Shown piece after piece: positions 25,343 to 44,765 of a DNA stretch of 64,000 bases. A model generated the notes under the pieces. That model did not search any database, was not told where the DNA came from, and worked only from the letters and a program-made list of their open reading frames with translations. The position numbers and the translations under genes are program-made. The DNA is from Fimbriosthenelais zetlandica. Its lineage: Eukaryota. Position 1 is the first letter of the stretch, and each line of letters opens with the position of its first letter. The stretch lies in contig OZ365115.1 of NCBI GenBank assembly GCA_977030845.1, positions 4,092,001-4,156,000 of the forward strand, in the 5' to 3' direction.

Positions 25343-26995
25343 ATGCATCGGGCCATAAGCATCTTCAGTGTCCTCATCCAATGGTCTGTGGTGATGGCAA
25401 CCAACATGACTTGTCCAGACACAATTCCCTGTGACTGCAAGGAGGAACTGAACTTTGCATCAGGCATCAACGAAAAAGTCATCGACTGTGAGAACAAAGG
25501 CCTCGAAGAAGTGCCCAACTTCATAAATTTCATGGATGAAAGTTTTGAAACTTTACGACTTGGAAACAATATGATCTCGAGCCTTGGTCACAGTGCCTTA
25601 GCTGGATTAACAGTAAGGCAGATAGACCTCAGTGACAACCCGAAACTCAACTCCTTTTCCAATTACGCCTTTAATGGGGTAAAGGGTCTGGAGGTACTAA
25701 AGATTGAAAACGGTCGTCTGTCGTCAGTACCAGTTGCTTTTGAAAAATTAAAGGATCTTCGTGAACTGCACCTGAAAAATAACAAAATTGCTAGGTTGCC
25801 CAATAAAGCTTTTTCTGAAATGACTGAGCTCCGTCACTTGGATCTGAGTAATAACCAGGCTCAGTTTCCAAGGCCATTCACTGCATTCAGTAACCTGCAG
25901 AAATTGGAATACCTCAATCTCAAAGGAAATGGCCTATACAACCCTCCAGTTGAAGCCCTGCATGATGTACCAGGCATCCATACCCTGATACTCTCAGATA
26001 ATTACCTAAGGCAAATGCCTCTTAGTATACTACAGAGCCTCAAGAACTTGAAGAGGCTGGAGCTCGCTGGAAACAAAATCGTACTAGAAGATGATGAATT
26101 ATTCCCTGGCTTGAATTTGGAAATTTTATCTGTTGGTGGATGTAACTTAAAAGCCATCACACCAAAAACCTTGTCGTCCATCCGAAATATTCGGAATCTC
26201 ACAATCCGAGACTGCCAGGTCTCTTCCATACCGAGAGGCACCCTCAAAATGTTGTCTCGTCTTCAATACCTGGACATCAGTGGTAACCCTGTCACAGTAT
26301 CGATGGACATCTTCACTGGCATTGAGAACCAGCTAACCACACTGAAACTAGACAAGATGAACCTGACACAGTATCCACTCAAACTTCTTGCTCGGTTCCC
26401 AAGGCTCAAGGACATCTCTCTGAACCACAACAAAATGTCTTTCCTTCCTGGGGGCATCTTCAAGAATCTTCCTTACGGTGGTTCTCGAATTTTTGTTGAG
26501 AACAATGTCATTCACAAAGTGTCCCATCATGTGATGGATGGTGCTCGTAAACCTGTGAGTCTCTTCCTTGCTAACAACCACATTAAGAGTCTGGCTTTTG
26601 TCATCAAGCATCCTTGCAGATTCTATCACTCCTATGTTGATCTCTCTGGGAATCCTGTGCATTGCAACTGCAATACATATAAGATGGTTCAGCAGAAAGT
26701 ATTTGATCTCGTCGGCACATGCCACACGCCCCACCATCATCATGGTCTGGAGCTGGTCTGGAAACCAAATCGTGAGTCTCAGGTCAACCACTTTGAACAA
26801 AGCACCAATGCCACAGAAGAATGTTCCAGTAAGTCGAGACAGAACCAGAGGTATGATTGTTCATGCAGGACGTGGATTGACTATGACAATCCGCCTGCAT
26901 GTGCTGTCACTGGCCAAGCAAATCCAATGGTTTTTGCTGGAAAGGCACAGCTCGCAATTTTGGCAGCAGGATATTTGTTAATGCAACATTGGTAG
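25343..26995 (+). CDS. Intronless secreted leucine-rich-repeat protein, 550 aa, probable GPI anchor
   Basis: ATG at 25343 starts MHRAISIFSVLIQWSVVMA (signal-like). LRRNT CPDTIPCDC, about 15 LxxLxLxxN-type repeats, LRRCT LSGNPVHCNC, and a hydrophobic C-terminal tail AQLAILAAGYLLMQHW with no cytoplasmic domain. Confidence 0.9.
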   Translation: MHRAISIFSVLIQWSVVMATNMTCPDTIPCDCKEELNFASGINEKVIDCENKGLEEVPNFINFMDESFETLRLGNNMISSLGHSALAGLTVRQIDLSDNPKLNSFSNYAFNGVKGLEVLKIENGRLSSVPVAFEKLKDLRELHLKNNKIARLPNKAFSEMTELRHLDLSNNQAQFPRPFTAFSNLQKLEYLNLKGNGLYNPPVEALHDVPGIHTLILSDNYLRQMPLSILQSLKNLKRLELAGNKIVLEDDELFPGLNLEILSVGGCNLKAITPKTLSSIRNIRNLTIRDCQVSSIPRGTLKMLSRLQYLDISGNPVTVSMDIFTGIENQLTTLKLDKMNLTQYPLKLLARFPRLKDISLNHNKMSFLPGGIFKNLPYGGSRIFVENNVIHKVSHHVMDGARKPVSLFLANNHIKSLAFVIKHPCRFYHSYVDLSGNPVHCNCNTYKMVQQKVFDLVGTCHTPHHHHGLELVWKPNRESQVNHFEQSTNATEECSSKSRQNQRYDCSCRTWIDYDNPPACAVTGQANPMVFAGKAQLAILAAGYLLMQHW

Positions 26996-28549
26996 CTGGT
27001 TATCGTCAGTAGAATCAGATCGTACACCACTCATCAGTAAATTTAGTCAGAAGGAATTTTATAACATGGCAACAAGTTTATAACATGGCAACAAGTATGT
27101 CACTGGCATTTTAAGCCTTAAAATTGCATGCAATAGGACTCGCCAAAGAAGTGGATATTATTTTAATGCCCTTACACATTGAAAATGCAGCTGTTCAGAA
27201 TGCCTGAAGTGACTGGACTGAAGTGAATTGAGTTGAATGTATGGAATCAAATAGGTAGGCTTAAGACAGAAGTGGATGTTTCCAGGAATTGCTGAAGTAC
27301 AACTGATAGCTTAATGATCTACAGACAACGAAGATGGGGCTTTTGAATCTACAATAGGGCAGCAAACATTCTTACAGTGTGTATATATCTATGGTAGTGC
27401 TCAATGGAGGAAATTGTTTCCTTGGATGCTTGAAAGTTTAGCAATAATCTGTTGTTGTTTCGCCTTTACTTCAGATTTTGCCGTCTCTGATCTGCCTTAT
27501 GAGTTTTAGTTCATCATTCAGGGACACCATTCGGTGGGAGTTGAATATTATTATTGAATTCATAAAATGAATGTAGCTTTCAAGATAATGTTTTATTTTT
27601 GTGTGACAGAAGAGGTGACAAGGGAACTGGGTGAATGATATTGAAGTATAAATACAATATTAACGGAATGGTGGTTTAACCAGGAACGTATATTGGATTA
27701 ATATTGGATTAATAATTAATTATCTTCAATCGATATGAATTACATAGTCAACTGAGGAAGGGATAATAATAGTTAGGCCTAATTATAATAAATTTTATTG
27801 GTATTAAGCAATGATTTTTTTCAAAATATATCCAGCTTCAAATCCTCCACTGAGAATGTATAGCTTTATAAACTATTCCCATAGCATTCATGCAGAACAT
27901 GTATATTGACGCCTATAACTGTATGTAAATGAGAACAATCAGCTATCTGTTGACTAATTTTGCCTTCAGCCTGTCGGTACATTTTTGTAATGACATTGTT
28001 GTGTACAGATTTTGTGTAGGTCTATTAATTCCAGCTTATGCAAACTAAAATGACATATCTTTCCTCCTGGAAAAGGTTCAAATTCACGTTGAAAAATTCT
28101 GCCTCTTGAATCTCAGGAAGAATTTGGCAGCCACTTAAATTCACATAATTGTAAATGCCCAGCAGGCATACGAAAAAAGACATTTTTCATCGTAAATAAT
28201 TTCTTCATATTTTGTTCAATTGTGATAAATATAGGCTACCCTGGGTAAAAATATTCATTGCGTGAGACCATGATCTCAAACGTTTATATGGCCTATTTGT
28301 AGCCTACATTTATAGGATTAGCCTAATATTCTTCAGTAGGCTTCGATCTACAGGCAAACTTGGGCTAATAATATAGCTACCAAATACTTGATGTTTGCTG
28401 CAGCCCGGTGTTGTTTGTCTATGCATAATTATGTGAAATTGTTTTTTGAACACTAATGCTAAAGATAAAATAATTGCGCTATGCGATAAGCAAAAACACT
28501 TGGAGGTCCATGCAATCAATTCTACAGAGGATAAAGTAAAATCAAGGAG

Positions 28550-28588
28550 TTACCAGACGGGGAATCGAACCCCAGCCGCGGCGGTGAG
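28550..28588 (-). pseudogene. 3' half of tRNA-Glu(CTC), truncated
   Basis: Reverse complement reads CTCACCGCCGCGGCTGGGGTTCGATTCCCCGTCTGGTAA, matching the anticodon-to-3' half of metazoan tRNA-Glu(CTC). D-arm and 5' acceptor strand are absent. Confidence 0.7.
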
Positions 28589-29030
28589 GTAGGCCTAATA
28601 TAGGCCTAAGCTAGGCCTACTAGTAGCTGGAATAATAACATTTCCTACTCTAAATTGTCTTAAAGCTATACGCCTACCTACGCTCTATGTTTTGGTGGAT
28701 ATTTCAAAAGCAAAATGTTGCCTATACCATTCTTCCTTTGGCCTATGTAAGGCCTAGGTTAAGAGGCATAGGGCCTATATTTTTATAGACCTAGGCCTTA
28801 GGTCTATAATTGTTCTAATAGGCCACTTCATGAAACAAAATGTAATTAAAGTGCTTAATAAAAAAACACTCCTGTGCTTGTTTTTCATTAAATTAATTAT
28901 TAATTCTTAATGGGGCAGAAAACACTGTGAAATCAGCACAGGACGCCACCACTGAGAAAAACAGGGAACTAAAGGGGAAACGGTGAAAGTTGAATGTTTA
29001 GTTGTAACCGACCACCCGTTTCAACGTTCC

Positions 29031-29282
29031 AAGATGGCCGACTTATGCAGTTAACACATATTCCACACAGTGGCGCTCCAGTCGTTCCTCACACTATGGA
29101 GCGCCACTGTGCGGAGTATGCAGTTATCAGAGAAATGATTGGCATAGGCCTAGATCTTATTATAGTTGCATCTGACTTCCCATATAATTGAAAACCGACC
29201 GCCATCTTGGATTGTGACGTCACTCACTCTCTCTCCTGAGTCGGGTCGAGGCTGCAGACAGTTCCAAGCCGGTGTAATTGAG
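29031..29282 (+). promoter_or_regulatory. Enolase promoter and non-coding first exon
   Basis: CpG-rich patch with YY1-type motifs AAGATGGCCG (29031) and CCGCCATCTT (29199), CRE TGACGTCA (29215-29222), pyrimidine-rich Inr-like CACTCACTC, and donor AG|GTAGGT at 29283. Confidence 0.6.
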
Positions 29283-30166
29283 GTAGGTATTTCTCCCATT
29301 CTACCCTTTGTCAACACCCATTTTTCATCCTAAATAGCAAGGAGAGATTGTAGAATGCATTGGCGTGTATATATGTGGTTTGAATGCGCTGACCGCTGAT
29401 ATTACACAAGTTAATGGATGACCTTGACAGATGTCTGAGCCCATCTAGTGGTTGCTTTCCTGCACGTAGCCATTGACGGATATAGGCGGGAGGAGGTCGG
29501 GTCAATGCCGGGGACTGTACGTGGCAAAAATACCGTAGGCTACTCGAAAATATTACTGGCCATCTTCATCACAGATCAGTTTGAGAAACCTTCTGAATAG
29601 ACCATAGGCTATTTGCTACTGTTTAGACTCGCGTTTACGGTTTAGATAGTGTAGATCTATTTGGGATTATATTTTCCTCCAGACACTCAGTCTCAGCTGT
29701 TCATGAGATAAGACAGGTGACTCCTTTTATCCTTTACCATTCACCTGCCTGGCTTTCAATGTCGCTGGATATTTCTGCTGGTAAAATGAAATTGAATGAG
29801 TGGCTGAGACTGGTTAATATTTGCACAGATTTATAAATACAAACACAATACTAGGATCAATATATTAGGCCTAGGCCTATGGCCTAGGCTAATGAGACAT
29901 GATTTGAAGGGCAAGGATCTACTACCAGTACCGGTATATAAATATATAGGGCCTACTACTAGGCCTACAATGACTCGATCCTTGCACTAGTTGTAGCCTA
30001 CCGTAAGGCTTGTCATGAAAAGCTGAAAATTCCATTGAATTAACTATATAGCTCGCCTCAATCATATTGGAATAATTTATTATATGATATAATCATTCAT
30101 TCAAAGAATTATTATAGGTTGGATGTGGACCTTTGCTATTTCCAGGTAAAATAGTACGCTGTCAAA

Positions 30167-34423
<4,257 letters not shown>

Positions 34424-36683
34424 AGAGTGCCTGGCACGTAGTGAATTGTGGCTGAATTCTAGCTGCAATGTATGTGTGTGTCCCCTCTCTATAACCTTCA
34501 AAGTCCACACCCTAAAAAGACCCATCATAAGGTCATTTTCCTTTGCCTGAAAAAGAAAAACAATTTTGTCGATCAACTTTTGATTGTGGGACACCAAGCC
34601 TGGAGGCTGGAATAGAAACAAAAGATCAGGGACAAGAGGATGGAACTTGGAACTTGAATATGGAAGGACGATCAGAATTGTTGAAAGAAGTAGTATGCAT
34701 GAAGAGCATGCTCTCAACACGACCCTGAACAAAGTAAGGGCATGTATCCACCTTGGTGAGGTATTGCATGCATTTGTGGACATACAGAAAAGCACTGGAA
34801 GGTAAAAGCTGGAGTTATAAACCCAAGTCTCCTCATGTGATCGATTTGAAGAACTCTCTTATAATTGTGATAAAATTCCTTCCTGCTCCCAAACCTACTG
34901 TTCATGAGAGACGTGAATTCTAAGGGAATGAATTGTGATTACAAGATGCCGCATACCGTATCAATTCATTTTAAAAAAGGAAAGAAAGAGTTACTGTTCT
35001 GATCAAGCTACTAATTTAAGATATTTGGTTTATTCTGTGCCATATAGTCAAAAAATGTTACCAGTGAATCATCAGATACAAAAAATGGAACCAAAGGAAA
35101 AAAAATAATTATGACAAATAATATAAGACTTTAAATATCAACCACAGCCACACATCTGAATATTTTCTTTGAAAATATAACCTGATCATATAACTATAAA
35201 TTATTCACTGTTTGATTTGGTTTTGTTCTGGTATAAACTAATCAAGAAGGTAAGATCCTAGTTCCATGAATGAAAGTGATTTCTCTCTGACCAAATGAGT
35301 AGAGGTGCTAGCTCAGCCAATCTCAAAGGTCCTAGACGTAGGGTTCTATATCACCCTTTCTTATATTAAATCTATTAGACTAGTCGAAAAGTCTGTAAAA
35401 GATGATGATATTTGCGATGAATTATAGTATAATTCACATTGTTGAGTATTGTAATTGTTGAGGTCGTTATAGAAACGTGTACAAATCCTTTTAGACACTT
35501 GTACAAATCCACGAACGTCTGTTGGTGATAGTTACCATTGATCAGTGAATGAATCTTGACATCGGGAATCTGATAATGTTATCTTCAGGGGGTTGGAAAA
35601 TCATTCCTGATATCTAGAGGTGTTAGCGAATAAATCAAGCAAGGTGTACAACTTGTTAAAGAGAATATGCTGTAAAAGCAGGTGATTTAAAAGTGGTTTG
35701 TTGTGATAATGCATTTAAAAATTAGGCACCTAGGTCCTGTTCATTAACGATTGGAACACATTTTTATATTATTTGACTGACAAGCTTGTGATTTGTACCT
35801 CCTCAGTTGATCTCACGTGGATCTGTATTACCTGATTTGTATTAACACCTGTGTTTATCGCCCACTTTAGAAAGACCTAGGGACCTTCAGTTAAGACACT
35901 TTTGTTGTGCCTTCTTGAAATTGTTTATTTTGTTTCTTAGGAACAAGTCAAACTTACCTACTGATATTAATTCATATGAATAGAACTCTTCCTTGATTAG
36001 GATAAAATTGCATAATATAAATTATGTTTGGTTTATAAGAGCAATAAGTAAGTGATAGTTATAGAAAATGTCAGGATGTATTGATAAATTGGTTCATTTT
36101 CCATCTCTGAAACAAATGGCGAGAGAATGGGGTAGATTTAGCTGCTTGCCAGCAAGTTATTTGAGATGAAGTATTTGTTCCATCTCTAGTCCATCATTAG
36201 ATGCTCTAGTTTCTTACTATTTTCCTAGTGCCATGAACTGTTGTTATGTGCTTAATCCAATTAGGTGTATGTGATACAGACAGGAATAAAAGATCTATAA
36301 ACACTATATTTGACGTTCTTGCCTTAATTAATTTCATATTAAGTTAAGATATTAATCATTAAAGAAAGATCACACTCAACTCTGAACCTACCTTTCTACC
36401 TGAAGTTGTCCCATTTCCGGCATGTATCATTTCAATTAAGTTGTTTAAAACTTCAATAGGAAGTCACTGCTCCTCGTCCTACTCCAAAGTCTTTTCTCAG
36501 TCCTATTATAAAATTAATCTAATTTTGGAAGGGAAAAAATACTATCGCATATTCGTTTGGAATGTATTTGTAATTGAAACTGGCCTTTCCTCCCTGTCCC
36601 GACTTTTTTTCTTTGCACCATGCGAAGATGATAGTATATTTCATTGTCATTTTCATTTCATTTTGGTATCATTTCTCTTTCAG

Positions 36684-39872
<3,189 letters not shown>

Positions 39873-41269
39873 GTAATGTTTGTTCTGAATACAATCAGGA
39901 ATGGATAGATTTCATTTCTTTAAAGTTTCAAAGGTCTAGAAAATTATACATCCAAAGATAATATACCTGGTAGCCTATGAACTTTATGATTTGGAGTTAA
40001 TCTTAAAGTATTTTTCTCCTCACCAGAGAAATTGTGGGTTGTTCCTGCAGGCATTTAGTCCCATTCACATTGTAATTTTAAGTTACTTTAGAGTTTCATT
40101 TACTAAAAGCGATTAGTGAGTGCTGATTATATAATTACTAATCGTCAAATAGGTTGTTTAACTGAGTTATGGATGACACAGAACATACTCAACGTGGAAG
40201 AGACTGGTGCATCAAATAAATATTCAAATTACACATTTTGAAATGTGTTGTAGCAGCTGATAAGTTGCACAGAATTTGTAATTAATTAATAATTTAATCG
40301 GACTGTGATACTGTCATATAATGTTGAAACCAACCAACGCTATAGACTTATTAAAAACAATTCTACAAGTAAATATTATAATGATAATCATAAGCAAGAA
40401 TACAAGGATGAAATCTGTATTTACTAAGTTCAGAACTACTGAAGACCTGTGTCTTTTTTGACGTACACCTGTGGTAAGATTGTCGATGACAATAAAGTTT
40501 ATGAACCTTGCAGATTGAGACAATTCAAGAAGTTTTTACATTGCGTTTTTACATACCTAATTGCTGGTGTATAAACCGCACCTCACTATAAACCGCACCC
40601 CCTGGCCGATCGGGTTAAAATCCATATTGTGGCTTATACGTGCCAGCAAATATTATACTCTAGTCCTTATAAGGAGCACTTTAATATTGTTTATTATTTC
40701 TGTGTCTGATCTTATTTCTCTGAAGGGCGTGTCTGGAAATGCGTAGGCCTATGTCCTATTTCTGACCCCCCTGTGAAGCTTTCTACCTGATCAGTGTGCT
40801 TTTGAAATAGGCCTACAATGCATGTTCACCTGAATGGTTGGCTAATAGGTCTAGCTTCCCACCTTCACCATTCCCTCAGCAGAGCGTCTGCTGCATGTGT
40901 GAAAGCTAAGGTACCCCTATCCCAGTGCCTCTTCACACTAACACCACCATACACACACACACACTTCCCCCACTCCCCTACTAGGCCTATGCACACACAC
41001 TGACAGCAATGCCTGAGCCGAGCGTCTGTTGCGTGTGTGTAAAAGCCAAGGTCCGTCCTGTGCCTCGAACCCATGTAGGCCTAGCTGGTGGTGGATTGGA
41101 GGCACAGGACGGGTCTTCATCTTCAGTCTTCTGAATGCACCTTGTAGGCCTAATTAGGGCCTATGTATTTAGGGTTCCGTCAACCGGGGTAATTTGAATG
41201 TTTTTCAATAGCTACACCATTAACAAAAACTGAAGGAACGCTATTTTAATCCTATTTGGGCTGTAGGCT

Positions 41270-41477
41270 ACTCGGCTCTGTTGTTTGGCGGGTCCATTTG
41301 TTTACTTCCAGTGCCGCGGGAGGTCGCCACTGAGTCTTCGGGATTCCCCTCGAATGACGTCATAAGCTGGGGAAGCCCGCCGCAACCAGTAACACATTGC
41401 CACACAAGCCCTGTTGTTGAAAACGCCTTCAGTATTCCTTCCCATCTCAACAAAAATGGATAAAACAGCCGCATAAA
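41270..41477 (+). promoter_or_regulatory. CpG-rich promoter/first non-coding exon of the 42762 gene
   Basis: CpG-dense patch, CRE TGACGTCA at 41355-41362, donor GTAAGT at 41478, matching acceptor TTTTATTTTCAG at 42542 upstream of the CDS. Confidence 0.55.
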
Positions 41478-42761
41478 GTAAGTAAATGAGGTTTTATATC
41501 ACAAATACTTCTATTTAACAATTTGCTTGTCGATTGTATCCACGAACACATTACTTTTATGAAGTTTAACCAAGTCACAGAGTGGCAGAGGAACTTGCCC
41601 CCCTTGGGCCTTGCAGCCATGCATCATTTAGGCCTACCGCACTTGTTAGGCTATCATACATTGGCAATGTTATTGCAGTTACTGGGTGTGAGAACATTAT
41701 ATTAAGACATGCATCAGTTGAAGTTCAGAAGAACTAATGTGCATGTAATCAGTAATGTACTCTTGTATTTCATCACTCAGGCATACGGTAGCCTACGGTA
41801 TGCATGTACGGTACCTGGACATTGGCATTGTCCTGTTATCCAGGGTTGGATCCCTGGAGTTGGAACTTATGAATCTAGAAAATGTTACAGCCTATAGCCT
41901 ATAGTATTAGTGAATTAGTTGTGATTTACCAGACCTAGGGGCAACAATATTTTGGGTACCCGGTACAGAGTATCCATCTCTACAGGGCTGCTTATAGTGG
42001 CTACGGTAGGCCTACAATCCATATTTTAGGGGCAGGGGTCTAGATTTGTCTTTATTGTAAAAAGAAAACACAAAAAAAGTCACACACACAAAAACTCGAT
42101 TCAGTAAACACGACTAGGCTTATCAATATATACATGTACATATATTTTATGAATCATTACGCTTGGTTAGAATCTCCATTGTGAGAATCACAACTGATTA
42201 TAAAATGCTAAATTTTTGATCCGACTCTCTCAAAATATTTAGGCCTAGATCTAATTAAAGAAAGAGTTAATAAATATTCGGGTAGATCTTTTGGTGCACG
42301 TCAGAAATTTTGGATGAAAGAACTATTCATGAATTCCCATCTCTCTAGGCACTTGATTAAACTGTTTTGAATATATGTGACATGCTCAATTAGCGTTGAA
42401 CGTTTTATGTTTTATCCTGAGGCTATATCTACCTAATTTTAAATTGACCCGCATTGCCTGAACATTTGACCCCTCATTTCAATAATCCAAATATGAAAAA
42501 ACATGAATTTCAGTTGTACATTGATGGTACTTTTATTTTCAGGACAAATGAATTCTGGAACAGACCTTCCAAGTTCCAGAGATCAGTTTTTACCACACGT
42601 CTTACTCCAAGCTGACTGAAGTGTAGCACCATGCATCGTATACTCTCTTACACCCTGACCATGCATTATGACGTAATAACGATGAGCTGCTAGTACCCTG
42701 TCAATCCATGTCAGTCAGGAATGATTCCAGTTTGAGCTGAAGGATTCACAGCTCAACAGAC

Positions 42762-44765
42762 ATGGCCTCAGTGAAGAGAAAGATCGTCCTTCCAGTTTTG
42801 CTGGCGACGGTAGTTGTCGTCTTTGCTCTCCGATATTACAACAGGCAGCAACTAGAGCAACAAATCTCCACTGACCTTGTCCACAGGCCTCCACAGCCCC
42901 CCATCTCAGCGTCTCCTGGCTACGACAGTTCATGGAAAAAAATGGGGCGTCAAGGGCCGATTGAGGAGTTGAAATTATCGAGGAGGGCGGGGGAGACCCC
43001 TACACGATCTACCAGGGCTTCAGACAACCCTAAAACAATCACTAAATCACCCTCACATCAAAAACTTCACCCGGGAGCTTTGAATGAGGATGATAAAAAA
43101 AAGGAAGACCCTCAACACAACTTGACGAAGGGAATTAATCCAGCTCCAACTAAGGTGATGCAGAAAGTTACGGAGCGTCCGGTGAAGTTTACAAGAGGGC
43201 TACTTGGACGGTTGAAGGAGACTGATAGGCACAGACAGGCAAACCAAGTGGAGATGGATAGGGGAAAGACAGTGCCTAAGACAGGGGACAGGGAAGGAGT
43301 CCTGAATGAGGGAGGTATTAAAATTGGGAAGGTCGGATCTGGGGGTACGACAGGCGTAAGGAAACCTACATCTGTTCCAGTTACTCGACCACCACTGAAG
43401 AAAATTTGGGATGATAGTCTTCGTGGAGGCCAGGGCCAAGCTCTTGGACAGGGCCAGGCTCTTGGACAGAAAACCTCTTCCAAACCTAGTGGGTTAACAC
43501 AAGCTAGACACATTCAACGTGTGACTTATCCTGCAGATCTCAAACAGGGCATAAAATCCATACATATCAAACATGTCACACCCCCGAGACTGGTCCCCCC
43601 AGTTAGAAATGTCACCCCACAGAAGCCAGTTAATATCTGGAACGAGCAACTAAAACCAACCCCCAAGCCTGACGAGCTGAATGGGAAAACATCAGGACCT
43701 TCTGCTGGGAAAGGAAACAACACAAATAATATCAAACCAGAGCCACCAGTAGACGTTAGCCTACACTCAAACCGACTCCCTGCTAAAGCACTGCGTTCGG
43801 TTGAGTTAAAGTTCCGTTACCAACCCGAATCGGGTAAGAGATATGCTGTTATGTCAGTGGCGGCTATTGGGGAGGATTACAATTATGTATTCCCGCTACC
43901 ACTGACGGTGGAGGCGTGGAAGAGGGTGGGGTATGATTCTATTGTACTTTTAATCGGCAGTGAGCAGCACTGGATGTCGCACCCCGTGTTAAGCTATGTC
44001 CTTAAGGAGTTACGCCGTCACGATCCTGTCGTCCTCTTCCTGGACTCAGGCAGGAACCACTGGGTGTTCCTCAGCCAAGTCTCACGACTCTTTGTCAGTG
44101 AGTTGTTCGACTGGCGAGGGTTGGAGGACAACTCTGTTCTCCTCACCACAGATGTGGACATCTGGCCTCTCGCGAAAAACACATACATACTCCCTGAAGG
44201 GAAAAAGATCCGAGCTCTTAACTCGGAGTGCTGCGGCACATTCCGCCATGATAGTAAAGTTCATAAAATGTTGCCCATGTGTTCACTGATTATGTCCATT
44301 AGAACATGGACGGAGGTGATGGCATTATCCCACCCCCTCTCCTCTACTAACCCCGTGTCTGATATTGTCACATATTTTGAGGATGAATTCGGCTCTGATC
44401 TCATCTCTAAACCTGTTAATAAAGGTGATAACGATGGCTGGTATTTAGATCAGCATATGGTCTCTGTTAGGGTGAAGCAGTGGCAGGAAAAGCACGGAGT
44501 TGAGAAGGTGGATTATGTACGTAGATCTGTCAGCATCGACAGAGTGGACAGGTCTGGCTGGAGGCCGTACCACATAGAACGAAAAAAAGATGCCCACTTA
44601 CTCAACTACCTTTATCAACCAGACGCGTGGGGCAAGGTGATGCCTTTAATCAGAGCCTTGTTCCCTGACCAATCTGACGACATGGTCAGCTACAGAGAGG
44701 GCTTCATCAGGATGCTGCTAGAGCAGAAACTGAGGCGGGAAAAAAAGACAGAAGGAAAAAGTTAA
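42762..44765 (+). CDS. Type II membrane protein, 667 aa, long stem plus putative GT-A-like glycosyltransferase domain
   Basis: Uninterrupted ORF: basic N-terminus, TM IVLPVLLATVVVVFAL, ~350-aa P/K/T/G-rich stem, then a ~290-aa globular domain with YVFPLPLTVEAWKRVG, SQVSRLF, TTDVD (DxD), WYLDQ, RVDR and DAHL motifs. The enzyme call is inferred from topology and the DxD motif only. Confidence 0.75.
   Translation: MASVKRKIVLPVLLATVVVVFALRYYNRQQLEQQISTDLVHRPPQPPISASPGYDSSWKKMGRQGPIEELKLSRRAGETPTRSTRASDNPKTITKSPSHQKLHPGALNEDDKKKEDPQHNLTKGINPAPTKVMQKVTERPVKFTRGLLGRLKETDRHRQANQVEMDRGKTVPKTGDREGVLNEGGIKIGKVGSGGTTGVRKPTSVPVTRPPLKKIWDDSLRGGQGQALGQGQALGQKTSSKPSGLTQARHIQRVTYPADLKQGIKSIHIKHVTPPRLVPPVRNVTPQKPVNIWNEQLKPTPKPDELNGKTSGPSAGKGNNTNNIKPEPPVDVSLHSNRLPAKALRSVELKFRYQPESGKRYAVMSVAAIGEDYNYVFPLPLTVEAWKRVGYDSIVLLIGSEQHWMSHPVLSYVLKELRRHDPVVLFLDSGRNHWVFLSQVSRLFVSELFDWRGLEDNSVLLTTDVDIWPLAKNTYILPEGKKIRALNSECCGTFRHDSKVHKMLPMCSLIMSIRTWTEVMALSHPLSSTNPVSDIVTYFEDEFGSDLISKPVNKGDNDGWYLDQHMVSVRVKQWQEKHGVEKVDYVRRSVSIDRVDRSGWRPYHIERKKDAHLLNYLYQPDAWGKVMPLIRALFPDQSDDMVSYREGFIRMLLEQKLRREKKTEGKS

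Noticed and set aside
27058-27095. 19-bp tandem duplication containing CATGGCAAC (X-box half site)
   Set aside because: Simple slippage duplication in a probable 3' UTR; half sites only.
34543-34805. Coding-looking ORFs downstream of the enolase unit 1 stop
   Set aside because: No recognisable motif, poor acceptor, and the donor at about 34735 is not phase-compatible with unit 2. Most likely 3' UTR.
36068-36133. Independent ATG mini-exons for enolase unit 2 (MSG at 36068; MAREW at 36116)
   Set aside because: Both are phase-compatible but have weak donors (GTATTG, GTAGAT) and no promoter-like context. Kept only as alternatives to the GC-AG fusion model.
43112-43735. Minus-strand ORFs inside the 667-aa gene, and similar ones inside the LRR, enolase and oxidase exons
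   Set aside because: Antisense shadows of real coding sequence.
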